From Octopus sinensis (lineage: Eukaryota), in assembly GCF_006345805.1 (NCBI RefSeq), contig NC_043000.1:97774001-97838000 (forward strand): 64,000 nt of DNA, in the 5' to 3' direction. The number at the start of each line of letters is the position of its first letter. Position 1 is the stretch's first letter. Shown in pieces: positions 63,101 through 64,000 of the stretch. A program made the translations under genes and the position numbers. The notes below the pieces were generated by a model. That model was not told the DNA's origin. It did no database searches and saw only the letters and a list, made by a program, of their open reading frames with translations.

Positions 63101-63700
63101 CTTTCATTGTTATCCGTATCATGCTAGAAGACTTGTGAGAAAGTGTTAGATTTTTCTCTGCCGACTATCAAATTCTTATCTGTATGTGTGTGTGTATGTG
63201 TATGTATATATATATATATATATATATTGCTCCTTGTTAATTTTTAAAAAAATTTTACACCTGATTTTTCTACATTTTTTTTTTTTTTTGGCCGGAGCGA
63301 TTCAGGAAGGAAAAACAATAGCTATATATATATATATATAATATATATATATATTCAAAGCTTATTCAGGATAAACGAAATTAGATTTTTTTTCCTTCTT
63401 TTTTGACAATTGATCACCGAGATATTTTCATCATCGTCGTTTGTTTGCAATCAAAGAACGAGAGTATACATCCACTCTTATATATCTCCAGCTTAATTGG
63501 AAAAAAGATAAAAGAATTAAAAATAAAATAGAAAATAAAAGCTAATGAAAGGAAAATTTGGAAAATTATTATAGAAACGTCGACCATATGTATGTTGTGT
63601 TCTCTATTTTCTTCCTTCACCCATGGCCACCAAAACTACTAAAGAATTAACAATTTATAATGAAACTTATTTTAACAAATGTATTTTGAAAAATACTGGC
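63101..63700 (-). promoter_or_regulatory. Putative 5'UTR/promoter region of the minus-strand gene
   Basis: CpGs visibly retained (ggccggagcga, caccga, atcgtcg, acgtcga) compared with the depleted 1-56 kb; immediately upstream of the candidate first exon; TSS cannot be placed. Confidence 0.4.
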
Positions 63701-64000
63701 CGTTTGTGATCACATCCTTCGTAGCTTTGAGATCGTAAATCCAACATTATCTGGAGCTAAGGGAGAGAGAGAAAGACATACACACACGGGGACAGAGAGA
63801 TTGACAAGATCTATTGTATGTATGTAGGCAGTGGAAAAAGACACTGTCCAACAGGAGCAAGAACAAATAATAAATAGGTGGTATGGTCTGGTCTGGTCTG
63901 ATGTGGAAGACTGCTGTGGCCAGGACCTGCCTGTTTCTTCTCCCCCTTTTTGAGGAGACGGTAGGGGCAGGAACAACAATGCCCACAAGAAGAAACGATA

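Noticed and set aside
62904-63149. Plus-strand 81-aa ORF
   Set aside because: Antisense shadow of the candidate first exon; non-ATG start in a (GTA)n/poly-T tract.
1-64000. tRNA, rRNA or conserved miRNA genes
   Set aside because: All A/B-box-like motifs belong to SINE heads; no cloverleaf, rRNA or known mature miRNA was recognised by eye (not an exhaustive search).

Overview
AT-rich eukaryotic DNA full of microsatellites and repeats. The SINE and RTE-LINE families with (GAT)n tails suggest a coleoid cephalopod, probably Octopus (recognised by eye, not searched). There is no intact long ORF, and almost all ORF-track entries are noise or transposon relics. Mobile elements: several RTE-clade LINE copies (old 10.4-12.5 kb; young 16.0-17.8 kb; a triplicated 3'UTR at 24.2-25.5 kb; old minus-strand fragments), a full-length dead mariner (59854-61113), a non-autonomous Helitron, three families of TTAA/piggyBac-type MITEs, a 9-bp-TSD Mutator-like MITE nested in a pogo/Tc2-like element, and many tRNA-derived SINEs. 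The window also appears to hold a minus-strand host transcript. It has a CpG-retaining 5' end near 63 kb and tiny frame-preserving phase-2 exons (63100-62973, 46044-46012, 24133-24068, about 20.8-20.6 kb) separated by introns of about 17, 22 and 3 kb; I do not recognise the product. The most interesting signals are a C4HC3 PHD finger inside the reverse transcriptase of the RTE LINE (seen in a young and an old copy), the microexon gene model with an overlapping uORF and an in-frame post-stop extension, two LINE copies sharing one breakpoint, and an inverted duplication of a MITE end plus its flank. None of this proves a new biological system; all are leads for testing.
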